Origin: Podarcis bocagei
Lineage: Eukaryota
Length of the DNA: 64,000 nt
Assembly (NCBI GenBank): GCA_964188305.1
Contig: OZ076887.1
Strand: one strand, 5' to 3'
Part shown: piece by piece, positions 61,874-64,000 of the stretch
Layout: the number at the start of each line of letters is the position of its first letter
How positions within the stretch are numbered: position 1 is the stretch's first letter
Translations under genes and position numbers: made by a program
The notes under the pieces: model-generated
Database searches by the model: none
What the model was told of the DNA's origin: nothing
The model's input: only the letters and a program-made list of their open reading frames with translations

Positions 61874-64000
61874 TTATTTTCTTTCCTTTTTTGTTCTTTA
61901 ATATGGATTTGTAGGCTATGGAAACAGTGCGGTTGCCTAGTCTTCTGAGGTTATTATCCCATTTTGCTTCAGCAATTTGTGGACACTGAAGCAACATCAC
62001 ACTAGAAGAGCAAGAATGAATGATAAGAAACACATCAATGTCAGGGGTGGTGGGACACATCTGTGCAAGAATCAAGCTTGTCTCTCCCACGTGGTTTCTA
62101 TATTCTTATATACTGCAGCAATGTAGATGGCAACCACTTCCCTCAGAATCAATAAGAACAAAATTGCTACTTTTGTTCCAGTTCTTTCTACCCTGTGCTA
62201 TTTTTATGTGCCCCTCATGTCAACACTTACGGCAAACCTGCTACTTCACCTCTCAAATTCCCATTTTGGATCAGGTTAATTTACTCCCTTTCTTTCCTAA
62301 TACAGTAAAAAGGAAAAGCTTATGTCATCAGTACAAATTATTTAAAATGTCCACCCACTTACAATTAGGTAATTAAAAATGTTTAAATTCCAACATTCAA
62401 TAGGCTACCATAACTATGTGGACATTCGTATTTCTTGACTCTTACATTAACACCTTGAAATAAGGACCAATAACTAAAGTGGGCATGGGGTGGGATCAAT
62501 ATTTGACGGTGTAATAGAACTATAAAATCACAATCCATCTTCGGCTAAGGTGCCAAGTGTCTACCAGGAATGATAATCAAAATTAATTAGCTCATCCCTC
62601 AAGTAACGACTTTACAATAGATTCCTTAAAGTATTCACAAGAAAATTAAACCCATGAACTGTCTGTGCCCAACTTTTAAAAAGTGTGGAACTTTTTATAA
62701 ACCCTGCTAAATGAGACACTTTTGCAACATTTTAATTAACACAGAATGTTGTTCCCAAATTATGCATGACTTGTTTAAAGGCTAAAATCCCTTTAGTTTT
62801 TGTCTGCTTCTCCCTTGTACAAAGAAGTCCTCTCAGCTTTTATTTTTCAACATAAAGCTCTAATTTTAGAATGCAGCCCTGTTGTGGCTGAATTTTTGCC
62901 AATAATCCACTTAAAGTATTAGCTGTCATTTTAACCCACTCCAGACAGTGAACTAAAGGCCATGAACTCACAAAAATTAGATTACAGTATAATTTGCTTT
63001 TCTTCAAGAGAGAATTCTATGCAGAAAGAGTCTTACCTAGATTTTCTCCACCCCATACATCCATCATCATATCATATTTTCCCAGCTCTTCAAAATAAAA
63101 TTTGTCCATCACAAAGAGTCCACCAGCTATCATTGGTGTTCTAAAGAGACAGGAGGGATAAAAGAGGGAAACTGAACATTACATACTGGCACAGGATAAT
63201 CAGATACGAAGACTCTTCAACAAAGCATTTTCTGTTCATACCTTAAATAGGCCATTTTGCTCAGTTCTAGCTATCTGAACATGCTACCACTCTGAAACAT
63301 GTTATCACGTAACTAATGCGGTTAAAACTGATTCCTGGTTAACCATTTCTCAGATTTCTTGGAAGCAGAAGTGGCTATTCCTAGAAATTGAAAAATGTTA
63401 TCTGCACGCTTGTTCTGAAACAGACCATAAGTAGCCAGAAACTAGGATCCCTAGTTCAGATTATACAAGAAGCGGAAATTCAAACTGAAAGTGAATTCTG
63501 CTGCAGTCTTCCTTTGGACTGTGCAGAGAGAAGTGGGGGAGAAGCGTGCGAGTCCAAGGCTTGTTAAGGCTCCTTCCTGCTCCTGCATATTATCATAAAT
63601 TAGTATGATGTGCCCTAGAGCAAGTTATAGCTTAAGATATGTGAAAATACAACTCTTTGCCCTCTGAAGTTCTTTAAGTATTTTACAAACCAACATACAA
63701 ATCTATCCCATTTATCGATTTAAATTCAGGATAACGCATATTCTGCTCAAAACATTCTTCGCCTTAGATATGAGTTATGTACATTTGATTATTCTGCTTC
63801 TTGTGTTCATGGAGAGGGATAGCAACTTATGTGGCACACAAATCCCACACCTCTGACCACTGGAATTGTAGGAGATCCCCTGCCAACTTTTAAGTGTATC
63901 ATTCTGAAGGAAAGGAAATTTACATTAATTTAAAGTGAAGGCGGATATCCCATGAAAGAGCGTTCTATGCAGAGAACTAAATTTAGGATCTGCATGGAAC

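Overview
This is eukaryotic (vertebrate) genomic DNA, very probably a squamate and most likely a lacertid lizard, judging by the Sauria SINEs, BovB, Squam3-like SINE and squamate-type L2 and Penelope repeats. Two spliced genes lie tail-to-tail. On the + strand are six coding exons of PGBD5, the domesticated piggyBac transposase (8769-35895; its first coding exon is not found in the window and is presumably upstream). On the - strand are the last six coding exons of GALNT2 (61602 down to 52726; earlier exons not found, presumably beyond 64000). All exons join in frame with GT-AG boundaries, and the arrangement matches the human PGBD5/GALNT2 locus. Nearly all ORFs in the supplied track are spurious or come from transposons. 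Introns and the intergenic region hold many mobile elements: six Sauria SINEs in two subfamilies, BovB/RTE/L1/L2 fragments, TA-flanked Tc1/mariner-type MITEs, hAT MITEs with 8-bp TSDs, and a probable solo LTR. The most notable non-genic signal is a Penelope-like inverted-repeat insertion at 42479-42703 between the two genes. It forms a ~91-bp-arm hairpin and carries a minimal type-I hammerhead ribozyme motif that is nearly intact on the - strand and crippled on the + strand. I found no evidence of a wholly new gene system; the findings are mostly known element classes in interesting configurations.
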